Shown here one piece after another: positions 61,381-64,000 of a stretch of DNA of 64,000 bases. A program made the position numbers and the translations under genes. Each line of letters opens with the position of its first letter. Position 1 is the stretch's first letter. Origin of the DNA: Takakia lepidozioides (lineage: Eukaryota; Plantae; Bryophyta); contig CM060731.1 in the NCBI GenBank assembly GCA_030704615.1, forward strand, positions 89,280,001-89,344,000. The letters are read 5' to 3'. The notes under the pieces are model-generated. The model saw only the letters and a program-made list of their open reading frames with translations. It searched no databases and was not told where the DNA came from.

Positions 61381-63950
61381 GTGGCGGTGGCAAATACATT
61401 TTGAAAATTAACAAAATGAACACGACCGCCTATTCGCTTTGTTTTTTGAAATTAAAAAAAAATAGCGACCGCCGTATTGGCGGTCGCTTCAATTTTTATT
61501 TTTTTTAAAGCAAGATTGGCGGTCGCACTGGCGGTCGCCTTATTTTTTGAAATAGAAAAAGAAATAGCGACCGCCATATTGGCAGGCGCTTCAAATGTTT
61601 CTTTTTTTAAAGCAAGATTGGCGGTCGCACTGGCGGATGCCTTATTTTTCGAATGAAAAAAAAAAATAGCGACCGCTATGCTGGCGGTCGCTTCAATTTA
61701 TTGTTTTAAAAAAACAAGATTGGCGGTCGTAATGGCGGTCGCCTAATTTAAAAAAGAAAACAAGCGACTGTCGTATTGGTAGTCGCACGGTGGCAAATAC
61801 ATTTTTGAAAATTAACAAAATGAACGCGACCGCCAATTATGGCGGTCGATTTGTTTTTCGAAATTAAAAAATAAATAGCGACCGCCGTATTGGCGGTCGC
61901 TTCAAATTTTATTTTTTTAAAAGCAAGATTGGCGGTCGCACTGGCGGTCGCCTTATTTTTCGAATTAAAAAAAAAAATAGCGACCGCTACGCTGGCGGTC
62001 GCTTCAATTTATTGTTTTGAAAAAACAAGATTGCGGTCGTATTGGCGGTCGCCTAATTTAAAAAAGAAAACAAGCGACTGCCGTATTGGCAGTCGCATGA
62101 GGGCAAATACATTTTTGAAAATTAACAAAATGAACGCGACCGCCAATTATGGCGGTCACTTTGTTTTTTGAAATTAAAAAATAAATAGCGACCGCCGTAT
62201 TGGCGGTCGCTTCAATTTTTTTTTTTAGAAAGCAAGATTGGCGGTCGCACTGGCGGTCGCACTGGCGGTCGCCTTATTTTTCGAATTTAAAAAATAAATA
62301 GCGACCGCTATGCTATGCTGGCGGTCACATCAATTTATTGTTTTAAAAAAACAAGATTGCGATCGTATTGGCAGTCGCCTAATTTTTTAAAAAAAACAAG
62401 CGACTGCCGTATTGGCGGTTGCAAGGTGACAAATACATTTTCGGGGGATCCTAAGGTCCCAATGGAAAATAGGGAGCGCACATGCCTCTTCCATTGGACT
62501 CAATCTCTAGCACGTCATACAAAGCGCTGCATTCGCCCTGACCTGCAGTTGGAGCACACGCGACCGCCAATTATGGCGGTCGCTTTGTTTTTTTGAAATT
62601 AAGAAATAAATAGCGACCGCCGTATAGGAGGTCGCTTCAATTTTTTTTTTCTTAAAAGCAAGATTTTTTACAATAACATTTGAAAGCTAGTTTTTTACAA
62701 TAACATTTGCACTGGCGGTCGCCTTATTTTTCGAATTTAAAAAATAAATAGCGACCGCTATGCTGGCGGTCGCTTCAATTTATTGTTTTAAAAAAACAAG
62801 ATTGCGGTCGTATTGGCGGTCGCCTAATTTAAAAGAGAAAACAAGCTACTGCTGTATTGGCGGTCGCAAGGTGACAAATACATTTTTGAAAATTAACAAA
62901 ATGAACGCGACCGCCAATTATGGCGGTCGCTTTGTTTTTTTGAAATTAAAAAATAAATAGCAACCGCCGTATTGGCGGTCGCTTCAATTTTTTATTTTTA
63001 TTTTAAGGCTAGATTGGCGGTCGGACCGGCGGTCGCGTTATTTTTTCGAAATAGAAAAAGAAATAGCAACTGCCATATTGGTGCTCGCTTCAAATGTTAT
63101 TTTTTTAAAACAAGATTGGCGGTCGCACTGGCCGTCGCCTTATTTTTCGAATTTAAAAAATAAATAGCGACCGCTATGCTGGCGGTCGCTTCAATTTATT
63201 GTCTAAAAAAAACCAGATTGGCGGTCGTATTGGCAGTCGCCTAATTTAAAAAAGAAAACAAGCGACTGCCGTATTGGCGGTCGCACGGTGGCAAATACAT
63301 TTTTGAAAATTAACAAAATGAACGCGACCGCCAATTATGGCGGTCGCTTTGTTTTTTTGAAATTAAAAAATAAATAGCGACCGCCGTATTGGCGGTTGCT
63401 TCAATTTTTATTTTTTTTCTTAAGGCTAGATTGGCGGTCGGACCAGCAGTCGCGTTATTTTTTCGAAATAGAGAAAGAAATAGCAACTGCCATATTGGTG
63501 CTCGCTTCAAATGTTATTTTTTTTAAAGCAAGATTGGCGGTCGCATTGGCCGTCGTCTTATTTTTCGAATTTAAAAAATAAATAGCGACCGCTATGCTGG
63601 AGGTCGCTTCAACTTATTGTCTAAAAAAAACCAGATTGGCGGTCGTATTGGCGGTCGCCTAATTTAAAAAAGAAAACAAGCGACTGCCGTATTGGCGGTC
63701 GCACGGTGGCAAATACATTTTTGAAAATTAACAAAATGAACGCGACCGCCAATTATGGCGGTCGCTAGCGGTCGCACTGGCGGTCGCTTTATTTTTCGAA
63801 ATAGAAAAAGAAATAGCGACCGCCATATTGGCGGTCGCTTCAAATTTGGTTTTAATAAAAGCAAGATTGGTGGTCGCACTGGCGGTCGCTTTATTTTTCA
63901 AATTAGCAAACAAAATAACGACCGCTATCTTGGCGGTCGCTTAAATTTAA
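61381..63950. repeat. Palindromic satellite array: GCGACCGCCRTATTGGCGGTCGC cores between A/T tracts, higher-order units ~310-420 bp
   Basis: The anchor AAATACATTTTTGAAAATTAACAAAATGAAC recurs at ~61392, 61795, 62105, 62877, 63293 and 63711. Confidence 0.93.
62441..62557 (+). pseudogene. MULE transposase fragment inside the satellite
   Basis: SGDPKVPMENRERTCLFHWTQSLARHTKRCIRPDLQLEH aligns with MULE-C GEDPNVPMEGKERSCGFHWMQSL and MULE-A TQSLEKHTKSDIKPEMQTQH. Confidence 0.88.
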
Positions 63951-64000
63951 AAATATACAAAATAGAGGTAACTGCAATATTGCACAAAATGAAAGGAAAT

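Overview
Eukaryotic, plant-like sequence (GT-AG introns; the TE types suggest a non-seed plant such as a bryophyte, which is inference). About 85% is nested transposable elements around one intact host gene, a two-exon DUF266/Branch (GT14-like) glycosyltransferase at 55954-57934. Two unrelated TE classes carry their own DNA methyltransferase. (1) Mutator-like (MULE) DNA transposons with 9-bp TSDs, ~21-bp imperfect TIRs and a GCM-like/DDE/SWIM transposase. The two delimitable copies (661-6915 and 33416-44259) both carry, head-to-head with the transposase, an intron-containing beta-class N6-adenine/N4-cytosine methyltransferase-like gene with a non-canonical DIPD motif IV, plus element-specific palindrome arrays. 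This is the most novel-looking system in the window. (2) Ty3/gypsy retroelements whose polyprotein reads gag-protease-DNMT3-like C5 methyltransferase-RT-RNaseH-integrase-PHD finger (two long copies, two fragments), with 5' and 3' ends that do not match each other. Also present: a second gypsy family, a copia remnant, a Harbinger/Tourist-type MITE, a palindromic satellite containing a MULE transposase fragment, and a 500-N gap. All TE copies carry stops, frameshifts or deletions.
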